Shown in pieces: positions 38,946-47,696 of a stretch of DNA of 64,000 nt. The stretch covers positions 33,701-97,700 of the forward strand of contig JASLZZ010000077.1 of NCBI GenBank assembly GCA_030754595.1, given 5' to 3'. Under the pieces are notes generated by a model, which saw nothing but the letters and a program-made list of their open reading frames with translations, ran no database searches and had not been told where the DNA came from. Numbering within the stretch: the stretch's first letter is position 1; every line of letters begins with the position of its first letter. This DNA comes from Nitrospinota bacterium. Its GTDB lineage: Bacteria > UBA8248. The position numbers and the translations under genes are program-made.

Positions 38946-39914
38946 ATGGGTGTGTTGCGTGTAGGAGTGGCCGGAGTCGGCCACATGGGGAGTTACCACG
39001 TCGCCGCGCTGGGAGAGTTGGTGGATCCCAACCTCGCCGCCTTGGCGGATCTCGATCGGACCCGCGTTCGCGAGTTGGCCGATAAGTTCGGCGCTGAATC
39101 CTATTCCAGCGCCGAGGAGCTTGTCGGCAAAGTCGATGCGGTCATCGTCGCTGTTCCCACCGCATACCATTACAATGTCTCCAGAATGTTCCTTGAAAAC
39201 GGGATTCACGTTCTCGTCGAAAAGCCCATTTGCAACAGTGTCGAGGAAGCCCGCGAGTTGTTCAAAGTCGCCTTCGAAAAAAAGTGTGTTCTTCATATCG
39301 GTCACGTAGAGCGTTTCAACGGAGCGGTTCAGGAACTTGGCAAGATTGTCCGGGAACCGATGTTGATCGAGTGCCGGCGGCTTGGGCCTTTCGTTTCGCG
39401 CGCCAGAAACGACGGCGTTGTCCTCGATCTGATGATTCACGACCTGGATATCATTCTCCAGCTGGTTGACGAGGAAGTGGTGTCCCTTTCGGCGACCGGC
39501 GCCATTGTCGTGAGCGAACGCGACGATGTGGCCAACGTCCAGCTTCAGTTCTCCGGCGGGTGCATCGCCAGCCTCACCGCCAGCCGAATCACTCAACATA
39601 AGATTCGCCAGCTTTCCATCTCTCAGCCCGATGCCTTCATTCGGCTCGATTATGCCGATCAGGAGCTTCGGATTCACCGGCAAGCCTCCAGCGAACGAAG
39701 CCTTTCCCGCGAAGAACTGAAGTACAGCGAGCAAACCCAGGTGGAGCGTCTTTTCGTTCACAAGGACAACCCCCTGAAGCTGGAACTCAGGAATTTCCTG
39801 TCGGCCGCCGAGAAGGGCGAAGTGATCGAAGACATCGAGAGAGAGCTCCGGTCTCTGGATGTGGCGCTCCGTGTTCTCCAGATGCTCGACGTGCCCGCTC
39901 CAGCCTCTATTTGA
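38946..39914 (+). CDS. Gfo/Idh/MocA-family NAD(P)-dependent oxidoreductase embedded in the lipid A operon
   Basis: Rossmann N-terminus (RVGVAGVGHMG) and the EKP motif (VLVEKPI). Confidence 0.8.
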   Translation: MGVLRVGVAGVGHMGSYHVAALGELVDPNLAALADLDRTRVRELADKFGAESYSSAEELVGKVDAVIVAVPTAYHYNVSRMFLENGIHVLVEKPICNSVEEARELFKVAFEKKCVLHIGHVERFNGAVQELGKIVREPMLIECRRLGPFVSRARNDGVVLDLMIHDLDIILQLVDEEVVSLSATGAIVVSERDDVANVQLQFSGGCIASLTASRITQHKIRQLSISQPDAFIRLDYADQELRIHRQASSERSLSREELKYSEQTQVERLFVHKDNPLKLELRNFLSAAEKGEVIEDIERELRSLDVALRVLQMLDVPAPASI

Positions 39915-39926
39915 TCTCTTCCGAGG

Positions 39927-40757
39927 ATGTCCAGCCCCCGCGAGCGGATTGGCCTCATCGCCGGAACCGGCTCCCTCGCGGTTGAATTCGCCCGCGGAGC
40001 CCGGAAAAATGGATACGAAATCGTTGCGGTGGCTCTTTCGCCCGGGGCGTGTGAATTTCCCGAGAATCTCGTCACCACCTCCATCCAGGTTTCTCCCGCC
40101 CAGCCGAAGAAGATTCTCGCTTTTCTTAAAACCGAGGGCGTCCGCCGCGTCGGTTTCGCGGGCAAGGTGGAGAAAAACCTGCTCTTCCAGGGACTCAAGT
40201 TCGATCTCGAAGCGCTTCGTTTCATTTACCGGGCCAAGAATATGGCGGATGTGACCATCATGGATGCCATAATCGAGTTCGCCGAAAAAAACGATCTCGA
40301 AATCATCCCCCAGACCGAGTTTCTCGGCCACCTTCTCGCACCCGAAGGAACGCTAGGTAAAAAAAATCTGAACGATTCCGATCTCGACGAAGTTCGCTAC
40401 GCTTTCCGTATGGCGCGCGAGGTGGCCCGTCTTGATATTGGCCAGACGATCGTTGTGAAAAAAGGCGCCGTCATCGCGGTCGAGGCCATCGAGGGGACCG
40501 ACGAGACCATCCGGCGCGGGTGCGCCCTTGCGGGAAAGGGGGCCATAGTGTGCAAGGTTGCACGCCCTGACCAGGACCCTCGCTACGACATCCCGGCCGT
40601 GGGTCCCGGAACGCTCCAGGCCGCGCGTGAAGGAGGCGCCTCGGCCCTGATCGTCGAGGCGGGAGCCACCTTTTTGGTCGACAAGGACACACTTGTCAGG
40701 GACGCCGACGCCGCCGGTATCATTCTAGCGGGGTGGCGTAGCGACGAGGAAAAATGA
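39927..40757 (+). CDS. lpxI: UDP-2,3-diacylglucosamine hydrolase LpxI (DUF1009)
   Basis: IGLIAGTGSLAVEFA, DIGQTIVVKKGAVIAVEAIEGTDETIRRG, and KVARPDQDPRYDIPAVGPGTL. It lies between lpxA and lpxB. No lpxH is present in the window. Confidence 0.8.
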   Translation: MSSPRERIGLIAGTGSLAVEFARGARKNGYEIVAVALSPGACEFPENLVTTSIQVSPAQPKKILAFLKTEGVRRVGFAGKVEKNLLFQGLKFDLEALRFIYRAKNMADVTIMDAIIEFAEKNDLEIIPQTEFLGHLLAPEGTLGKKNLNDSDLDEVRYAFRMAREVARLDIGQTIVVKKGAVIAVEAIEGTDETIRRGCALAGKGAIVCKVARPDQDPRYDIPAVGPGTLQAAREGGASALIVEAGATFLVDKDTLVRDADAAGIILAGWRSDEEK

Positions 40758-41914
40758 TCACCGGCAACCCCCGGCTGATGATCGTCGCCGGAGAGCCATC
40801 GGGCGATCTTCACGCGGCCAGACTTATCCGGGCCATTTCGCGGGAGTTCCCCGGCGTCAGCGCTTTCGGCATGGGCGGTGAGGAAATGCGCGGGGCCGGC
40901 GCCGAGATTATCCACGATTCCGGCCCGCTGGATGTGATTGGATTCGGGGATGTCCCCAGGGTCATTCCGGCGCTTTACCGCATCAAGTGCGATCTGATCG
41001 CCCGGGTCCGGGAGGAGCGCCCCGAGGCCGTCGTTCTGGTGGACTATCCCGGTTTCAATCTCTCCCTTGCCAAATCACTCGGTAAACTCCCTCGTCCTCC
41101 CCGGTTAATTTACTTTATTCCGCCTCAGGTATGGGCCTGGCGCGGCGGGCGCGCCCGAACCATCGCTGAAATCTTCGATTTGATCTTGACGATCTACCCC
41201 TTCGAGCCGGGTCTTTTTCGCCAGGAGGGCGGGGCGGCGGAATTTATCGGGAATCCGGTGGCTTTCGCGCTTCAGGAGGCCCCCTCGAGGGAGGCGGCTC
41301 GCGCCTCGCTTGGGATTCCCGGTGATGCGCGTGTGGTGGCTTTCCTGCCGGGAAGCCGCCGCCGGGAGATTGAGCGCCTTCTCGGTCCGATGATCGATTC
41401 CGCCGGTCCGCTGAGTGAGAGGTTCCCGGGCATCCTCTTCCTCGTCTCGGAGGCCGAGGCGCTTCCCGAGGGAGCGGTTCGAAGCCGCCTTCCTTCGGGC
41501 GGCGGCGGTGTCCGTGTCGTCCGTGGCCTCCAGCATGAGGTTATCCGGGCGGCGGACGCCGCCGCGGTCGCTAGCGGAACGGCTACGCTCGAGTGCGGTC
41601 TCCTCGGCACGCCGATGAGCGTTTGTTATATGGGAGATTTTTTCACCTATATGCTGACGAAATACTTTCTCCTTCAGGTGGATTACATCAGCCTCGTCAA
41701 TCTCCTCGCGGGCCGGGAGGTTGTCCCGGAGCTTTATCAGGGGCAGGTCAGGGGAGAGCGAATCGCCGCCGCGCTGGGCCCGTTGCTGGCCGATCCCGCC
41801 GCGCGGGAGAGTCAAACAAGTGCGTTTGGGGAAATTCGCGAATCGCTCGGGGGGCCCAACCCCTACGAGCGCGGGGCCTCGGAAATTATTCGGGTGTTGG
41901 AGGGCGCTTCGTGA
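40754..41914 (+). CDS. lpxB: Lipid-A-disaccharide synthase
   Basis: IVAGEPSGDLHAARLI N-terminus, VDYPGFNL, and ASGTATLE. Confidence 0.9.
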   Translation: MITGNPRLMIVAGEPSGDLHAARLIRAISREFPGVSAFGMGGEEMRGAGAEIIHDSGPLDVIGFGDVPRVIPALYRIKCDLIARVREERPEAVVLVDYPGFNLSLAKSLGKLPRPPRLIYFIPPQVWAWRGGRARTIAEIFDLILTIYPFEPGLFRQEGGAAEFIGNPVAFALQEAPSREAARASLGIPGDARVVAFLPGSRRREIERLLGPMIDSAGPLSERFPGILFLVSEAEALPEGAVRSRLPSGGGGVRVVRGLQHEVIRAADAAAVASGTATLECGLLGTPMSVCYMGDFFTYMLTKYFLLQVDYISLVNLLAGREVVPELYQGQVRGERIAAALGPLLADPAARESQTSAFGEIRESLGGPNPYERGASEIIRVLEGAS

Positions 41915-42648
41915 ACGAAGGAGAGAGGGCTCCGGACTCATCGCCGTATGATGGCCGGGGGTGCGATCCCCATGCTCCGCTTCTCACCCGCCTCGGGGCG
42001 GCCGGCATCGCGGGCCTGTTGCGGGCTATTTACGCCACCGTCAGGGCGGTTTCTCTTCAACCCGAGGTTCATAGAGGCTTCAATGACCCTCCCAGAAATG
42101 TATCTATTGGCGCTTTCTGGCATCACCATGTTGGAATCGCTCCTCATTTCTCCACGGGTTTTCCGTGGGCGAGCCTGGTCAGCCGAAGTTCGGACGGCGA
42201 GCTTCTCGCCCGCGTCATGGCCCATCTCGGGGGCCGGAGCGTCCGGGGTTCCTCGGGAAGGATGGACGGGCGAAACAAGGGCGGCGCCTCGGCCCTGCGG
42301 CAGTTGGCCCGTTTGGCGGGGGACGGGGTTTTTCCAATCTTCACGCCGGACGGTCCGAACGGACCTCCGGAGAAGGTCAAGCCGGGAGTGATTTTCCTTG
42401 GCTCGCTGACGGGCCTGCCGATTTATCCGGCGGGTTTCGCCGCTTCCCGGTGCGCCCGCCTTCCGACCTGGGACAAGACGATCATTCCGCTTCCGTTTTC
42501 GAAAGTCGTTATTTCCTACGGGGAACCGCTGATTGTTCCACCCTCGATTGACGATGCGGCGCTCGAAACCCACCGCAAGGAGCTTGAACTCCGCATTCTG
42601 GCGGCGAACGAGGCGGCTCGGGCCTCGATTCGGCCCGGCGGGGAATAA
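41911..42648 (+). CDS. DUF374 (lysophospholipid-acyltransferase-like) protein adjacent to waaA
   Basis: SRSSDGELLARVMAHLGGRSVRGSS...GGASALRQL...TPDGPNGP...WDKTIIPLPFSK. GTG 41911 overlaps the lpxB stop. The longer track ORF (41593) is an in-frame run-in through lpxB. Confidence 0.75.
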   Translation: MNEGERAPDSSPYDGRGCDPHAPLLTRLGAAGIAGLLRAIYATVRAVSLQPEVHRGFNDPPRNVSIGAFWHHHVGIAPHFSTGFPWASLVSRSSDGELLARVMAHLGGRSVRGSSGRMDGRNKGGASALRQLARLAGDGVFPIFTPDGPNGPPEKVKPGVIFLGSLTGLPIYPAGFAASRCARLPTWDKTIIPLPFSKVVISYGEPLIVPPSIDDAALETHRKELELRILAANEAARASIRPGGE

Positions 42649-43982
42649 TGGACACCCTGGCCCTCGTTTTCTACAACGCGGCGATTTTCCTTGGCTCCCC
42701 CTTTATCGCGGTTTACTACATCATTCACGCTTGGACGCGCGGCCACTCGCTGACCAGTACGGGAGAGCGCCTGGGCCTCGTGCGCCAGCTGCCCCCGGCG
42801 GGCGAGGGAGGCAGGGTTTGGCTGCATGCGGTCTCGGTGGGCGAGGTCGGCGTCGCCGCCGCTCTTGTACCCGAGCTCCTGAAAAAGCGCCCCGGGCTTC
42901 GCATCGTTCTTTCAACGGTCACCGAAACTGGCCGCGAGGAAGCCGGTAAAATCGATGGCGTGGAGCATGTTTTCTACCTTCCCTTTGACTATCCTCACGC
43001 GGTGCGGAGCACTCTCCGGCGAATCGGTCCCGGCGGAATCGCCATTATCGAAACCGAGCTTTGGCCCAATCTGGTATGGGAAGCCGCGCGCGGAGGCCTG
43101 CCGGTATGTGTGGTCAACGGGCGGCTTTCCGAAAAATCCCTTCGGGGCTATACCCGGCTGCGTTTCCTTTTCGCCCCGGTTCTGAAGAAACTGGCCGGGG
43201 TCGCCGCGCGCGGGGAGGCAGACGCCAAGCGCTACCGCTCCCTGGGGGCGCCGGAAGTGTTCGCGGCCGGGAACATCAAATTCGACGCGCCGGCGCCGCG
43301 GTTGAGCGGTAGCCAGGAGGATTTGAAGAAAAAATTCGGCCTCGCCGGAGCGGACCCGATCATCGTCGCCGGAAGCACCCATCCGGGAGAAATGACTGGA
43401 TTGACCGGCGCGGTTCATGCCCTTAGAGAGCGGTTCGAGCGCCTGGGCGCGTTGATCGCGCCGCGTCATTTGCCGCGTCTGGAGGAGGTCGAGGCCGAGC
43501 TTCGGCGGGGCGGGCTCGACCCGGTTCGGTGGAGCGAAATCGGGGGCGGGAGCGGAAGCAGTAGCAGGATCGGAAGCGGCGGCGGGCAGGTCGTTCTCCT
43601 CGACAGGATGGGTGAGTTGGCGGAGGCCTACGCATGCGGTACGGCGGCGTTCATCGGTGGCTCTCTCATCCCCCATGGGGGGCAAAATCCCATCGAAGCC
43701 GCGCGGTGGGGCGTTCCCGTTGTCTTTGGCCCTCACATGGACAATTTCGCGGAAGTGGCGGGCGATCTGCTGCGAGTGGAAGGAGCCGTCCGGGTGGAGA
43801 GCGCCGAAGGGCTGGCCGGCGCGCTCCTTCCTTGGCTTAGCGACCGGGCCACGCGGGATGCGGCGGGCGCTTCGGCGAAGGAGCTGGTGATGGCAAACCG
43901 TGGCGCCGCCGAGCGGGCCTCGGAATTTCTGCTCGGGGTATTGGATTCCCGGGGCGGGGACGAGGGCGAGGAGAAGTCGTGA
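42648..43982 (+). CDS. waaA: 3-deoxy-D-manno-octulosonic acid (Kdo) transferase
   Basis: WLHAVSVGEV, ETELWPN, GGSL..HGGQNPIEAA. 444 aa. Confidence 0.88.
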   Translation: MDTLALVFYNAAIFLGSPFIAVYYIIHAWTRGHSLTSTGERLGLVRQLPPAGEGGRVWLHAVSVGEVGVAAALVPELLKKRPGLRIVLSTVTETGREEAGKIDGVEHVFYLPFDYPHAVRSTLRRIGPGGIAIIETELWPNLVWEAARGGLPVCVVNGRLSEKSLRGYTRLRFLFAPVLKKLAGVAARGEADAKRYRSLGAPEVFAAGNIKFDAPAPRLSGSQEDLKKKFGLAGADPIIVAGSTHPGEMTGLTGAVHALRERFERLGALIAPRHLPRLEEVEAELRRGGLDPVRWSEIGGGSGSSSRIGSGGGQVVLLDRMGELAEAYACGTAAFIGGSLIPHGGQNPIEAARWGVPVVFGPHMDNFAEVAGDLLRVEGAVRVESAEGLAGALLPWLSDRATRDAAGASAKELVMANRGAAERASEFLLGVLDSRGGDEGEEKS

Positions 43983-45115
43983 GTGGGCGGGGGAGCATCA
44001 TCAAGGCCCTGGAGGGAGACCCGAGCGCGCCCCTATGGGCACGTGGAGCGCTCGCGGCCCTGGCCCCGGCCGGATGGCTCTACGGGGATGTCATGCGTCT
44101 CCGACGGACGCTCTATGAAACGGGCCTGGGGGTGGCCGCAGCCCCGTCCACTCCCGTAATCTCGGTGGGCAACCTCACCCTCGGCGGAACCGGCAAGACC
44201 TCGGCCGTGGTCTGGGTCATATCGCGGCTGATTGAGGCCGGAATCACCCCCGCCGCCATCAGCCGGGGCTACGGCGGAGCGGAGGGGGGCGTGTGCGTGG
44301 TGAGCGACGGTGCTGGAGCGGTTCTCTCGTCGCCGCCCGCTTCGGATGAGGCGGTGATGCTGGCGCGGATGTTTCCCTCCTCGCCCGTCGTCACCGGGCG
44401 GGATCGCCCTGCTGCGGCGCGGCGCGCGGCGGAATTGGGCGCGGGGGCGATCATCGCCGATGATGGGTTTCAACACCTGGCTTTGCCGCGTTGTTTCGAT
44501 CTGGTGGTGCTCCGGGGGGACCGCCCGTTTGGAAATGGCCGCGTATTCCCCGCCGGAGCGCTGCGGGAGCCTTTAGGGGCGCTTCGCCGGGCCGATGCTA
44601 TCCTGCTCACGGGCCTTGCGGGCCTTGCGGGCCTTGCGGGTCTCGCAGGCCCTGCGGGCGGCGCGGTTCACGAGCGTTTGCGCTCGCTTGCTCCGGATAC
44701 AAATATTTTCGAGGGAACCTTGACGCACTCGGCTCTACTCGACATCGGCGGCGGTCCGGCGGGAGAGACCGCGGACCTCGGCGGCGCGGCAGTGGTGGCG
44801 GTGAGCGGAATCGGAAATCCCGGGGGTTTTGTCCGATCGCTTGCCGCGCTGGGCGCCCGGGTCCTTGAGAATCTGGTCTTTCCCGATCACGTGGCCTATG
44901 GCGGGGAGGAACTGGATCGTATCGCCGCCGCCGTCGAAAAAACCGGGGCGGACCTCGCCGTCACGACGGAAAAAGACGCCGTGAAGCTCGGCGCACTGGC
45001 CGGAGATGAGCGTTTCCGGGTGCTTCGTGTCGAAATGAAAGTGAACGGCGGAGACGAGTTGTCCCGTCTTATTTTCGAGGCAGCCGACCTCGGCCCCGGA
45101 GCCGGCGAAGGCTAG
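43979..45115 (+). CDS. lpxK: Tetraacyldisaccharide 4'-kinase
   Basis: VISVGNLTLGGTGKTSAV P-loop, RGYGG, and DDGFQH. Contains an in-frame 9-bp tandem repeat (see the repeat feature). Confidence 0.9.
   Translation: MSGRGSIIKALEGDPSAPLWARGALAALAPAGWLYGDVMRLRRTLYETGLGVAAAPSTPVISVGNLTLGGTGKTSAVVWVISRLIEAGITPAAISRGYGGAEGGVCVVSDGAGAVLSSPPASDEAVMLARMFPSSPVVTGRDRPAAARRAAELGAGAIIADDGFQHLALPRCFDLVVLRGDRPFGNGRVFPAGALREPLGALRRADAILLTGLAGLAGLAGLAGPAGGAVHERLRSLAPDTNIFEGTLTHSALLDIGGGPAGETADLGGAAVVAVSGIGNPGGFVRSLAALGARVLENLVFPDHVAYGGEELDRIAAAVEKTGADLAVTTEKDAVKLGALAGDERFRVLRVEMKVNGGDELSRLIFEAADLGPGAGEG
44612..44656 (+). repeat. 9-bp tandem repeat inside lpxK (3 perfect plus 2 degenerate units)
   Basis: GGCCTTGCG x3 (44612-44638), then GGTCTCGCA and GGCCCTGCG. 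It encodes GLAGLAGLAGLAGPAG. Confidence 0.9.
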
Positions 45116-45118
45116 GGC

Positions 45119-46207
45119 TCAGGTGCGGACATGGGTGAGGAGGTATGACCCCCCCGCCAGAAATACGGCATTCGGCCCCCAGGCGGCCGCGAACGGCGGC
45201 AGCCGGCCCGCGTGCCCCAGCGAAATGCCCACATAAAAAAGAATCAGGTACCCAGCTCCGATGGCGATCGTAATGGCGACTCCGAGAGCGACTCCGCCGC
45301 TGCGGGTGGAGCGAATCGAGAACGGGACCCCAACCAGCGCAAGGACAAAACAAATAAACGGCGTGGACAGCTTCGCCCACAGATCGACGACGTAGCGGGA
45401 AGTATCCACCCCGTTTGTCTGCATGATGCCGATGTAGGATCGAAGCTCCAACCAGCTCATTTCCTCGGGTTTTTTTCCGGTTTGCTTGAAATCTCCGGGA
45501 ACTTCCTTCACCTCGAATTGCTCTGCCGTGAATGATTCCTGGTGAATTTCGTTGTTTCCTCTGAAGAAGTGGATCAGGCCGTCGTCGAACCGCCAGCGCT
45601 TCACATGGGGAATCCACTTGACCACCTTTGCGTCGATTCGCTGAAAAAGGCGATCTTCCTTGTCGAGGCGGTAGAGGGTGACGCCCCGCATGGTGTTCGT
45701 GAAAGGGTCGAAAACGATGATCTGCCAGATGGTGTTGTCATCGGAGTGGTACCAGATTTTATTCGTTCGATTGTAGCCACGGGGTGCGATTTTTTTTACC
45801 CGGACCTGCCATATATGGTTCATCCGTTGATTCGATACGGGGACGATGTATTCGTTTCCCAGGAAGGTCAGGGCCGCGATTCCGAGGCTGGCGGCGAGGA
45901 TGGGCGCGATCAGCCGGTAAATACTCGCGCCGCAGGCGCGCATCGCCACAATCTCGTTTCCCCGGGAAAGAAGAAGCAGGGAAAGGACGCTGGCGAGCAG
46001 GACAGTGAGGGGGATCGAAAATACGATGAGCTGTGGGATTCTGAAGAGGAAAAAAAGAAGGCCGTCGGTGAAGGCGGCTTTCTTTTCGACAAGGTCGTCA
46101 ATCCGCTCGACGAATTCAGCCATCAGAAAAAGAGTGATAGCCCCGGCCTGGCAGATTCCGACCAGGCGGAAAAACTGGGTTAGAATGTACCTACTGAGAA
46201 TGCTCAT
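45119..46207 (-). CDS. lptG: LPS export ABC transporter permease (LptG-like, YjgP/YjgQ family)
   Basis: MSILSRYILTQFF N-terminus, 6-TM architecture with a central periplasmic beta-jellyroll region. ATGA overlap with the upstream paralog. Confidence 0.75.
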   Translation of the reverse strand: MSILSRYILTQFFRLVGICQAGAITLFLMAEFVERIDDLVEKKAAFTDGLLFFLFRIPQLIVFSIPLTVLLASVLSLLLLSRGNEIVAMRACGASIYRLIAPILAASLGIAALTFLGNEYIVPVSNQRMNHIWQVRVKKIAPRGYNRTNKIWYHSDDNTIWQIIVFDPFTNTMRGVTLYRLDKEDRLFQRIDAKVVKWIPHVKRWRFDDGLIHFFRGNNEIHQESFTAEQFEVKEVPGDFKQTGKKPEEMSWLELRSYIGIMQTNGVDTSRYVVDLWAKLSTPFICFVLALVGVPFSIRSTRSGGVALGVAITIAIGAGYLILFYVGISLGHAGRLPPFAAAWGPNAVFLAGGSYLLTHVRT

Positions 46208-47508
46208 GCCGATTTTGGGCTCAGCCAGTCGGAAACGGGAAGACGCTCGGCGAATTTGAGTATGTACCCGAAAATATCCACCGCACCCGTATGAATCACC
46301 CTCCGGACGGCCCAGACGGATACGGCGAACAGGAGAATATTCGGTCCCCATTGGGAGAAGAGGGGCGGGATTGTTCCGTTTTCCCCCAAGCCCTCAGAAA
46401 ACGACGAGACCATGTAGTAGGCGAATACAACAATAAGACTCAAAGCAAACCCGCCGTGGCGGCCCGATCGCCGGTTCTGGACGCCAAGGGGCGCGCCCAG
46501 GAGGGCGAGCGCCAGGCAGGCGAACGGTGTGGCGAAGCGCTTATGAATCTCCACGAGAAAAGAGTTGTAGCGAATCGTGCCTGGCTTCGCGGCGGCGATT
46601 TTTTTGCGCAGTTCGCTGACGGGGAGGCCGCGCAGCCGAACCCGGAGCGCCTTGCCGTCGCCGAGGGACTGGATGAGGTTGAGATTGAGGTCGTAGGTTC
46701 CGAAACGGACCACCTGGTATTGATTCGCGATGAGCGAGGTGCGCGGGTCGGGAGCGGCTTCGCCGCCCGAATTCCGGGCCGCGCTGTTGTTGGTGTCGGT
46801 GACGGCGTTAATTTGATGGGTTGATCCGCGGACAAGGCGAAGGATCATTTTTTTCCCGATCGGGTCCCTGACGACGATTCCCTGCTCGGCGAATATGACC
46901 TGTTTGTTTTGGCCGCCCCGCGAGTCCGAGATCAGGATGCCGCGAAGAACCTTGCTCTCCCGTGATGATTTTCGGACGTAAATTACAAGACCGTCGAAAG
47001 TGTCGTTGAACACTTGTTCGCGGATTTCGAAGGCCGACGCCTGATTTTGCAGGATTTGATAGCGGAGATCGATAGTCGCCTGGTGGCTCCAGGGAAGGCC
47101 GAACATCATCAGCAGGGCGCTTGCCAGCGCCGAAAGAATGCCTAAGACCGCTACGGGAATGAGCTGGGAGTAGAGGCTCATCCCCGAGGCCGTCATGGCG
47201 ACGAACTCGCTGTCGTTGGAGAGGCGGCTGAACGCGAGGATGCAGGCGACGAGTGTGGCCATGGGCAGGGTGACAAGCATGAGCACGGGGAGAATCGTCA
47301 ACAGGAGCTGGCCGACAGTGGCTACCGGAACGCCTTTGTTGATGACCAGATCCGTGATCTGAACCATGCGGTTGACCAGGAGAAGGAATGTCAAAAGGAA
47401 CAGGCAGAAAAAAAAGTAGGTGAAAACCTCCCCCAGGATATATCGGTGAAGCTTTCTCAAGGGATGGTCTCCGTTGGCCGCGGCGGGGCGCTGTTGTTGA
47501 AAGGGCAT
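46204..47508 (-). CDS. lptF: LPS export ABC transporter permease (LptF-like, YjgP/YjgQ family)
   Basis: LHRYILGEVFTYFFF N-terminus. It is a paralog of the downstream gene. An alternative TTG start lies at 47460. Confidence 0.75.
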   Translation of the reverse strand: MPFQQQRPAAANGDHPLRKLHRYILGEVFTYFFFCLFLLTFLLLVNRMVQITDLVINKGVPVATVGQLLLTILPVLMLVTLPMATLVACILAFSRLSNDSEFVAMTASGMSLYSQLIPVAVLGILSALASALLMMFGLPWSHQATIDLRYQILQNQASAFEIREQVFNDTFDGLVIYVRKSSRESKVLRGILISDSRGGQNKQVIFAEQGIVVRDPIGKKMILRLVRGSTHQINAVTDTNNSAARNSGGEAAPDPRTSLIANQYQVVRFGTYDLNLNLIQSLGDGKALRVRLRGLPVSELRKKIAAAKPGTIRYNSFLVEIHKRFATPFACLALALLGAPLGVQNRRSGRHGGFALSLIVVFAYYMVSSFSEGLGENGTIPPLFSQWGPNILLFAVSVWAVRRVIHTGAVDIFGYILKFAERLPVSDWLSPKSA

Positions 47509-47696
47509 AATAACAGAGTACGGCCCAGCGCCCTATACAGGCGGGGGCCGCTGTGTGAAAATTTTTCGGCAGGGGAATCGGCGCCCTCAAGGATCTTGTA
47601 ATTGCTATAGTTCACTGAAATTGATAGCGTTACGGCGAAAGTGCCAGTCCGGAGCCGATTCGGTAGCCCGGGGGAGCGCCAGGCGGAGGACGTTGG

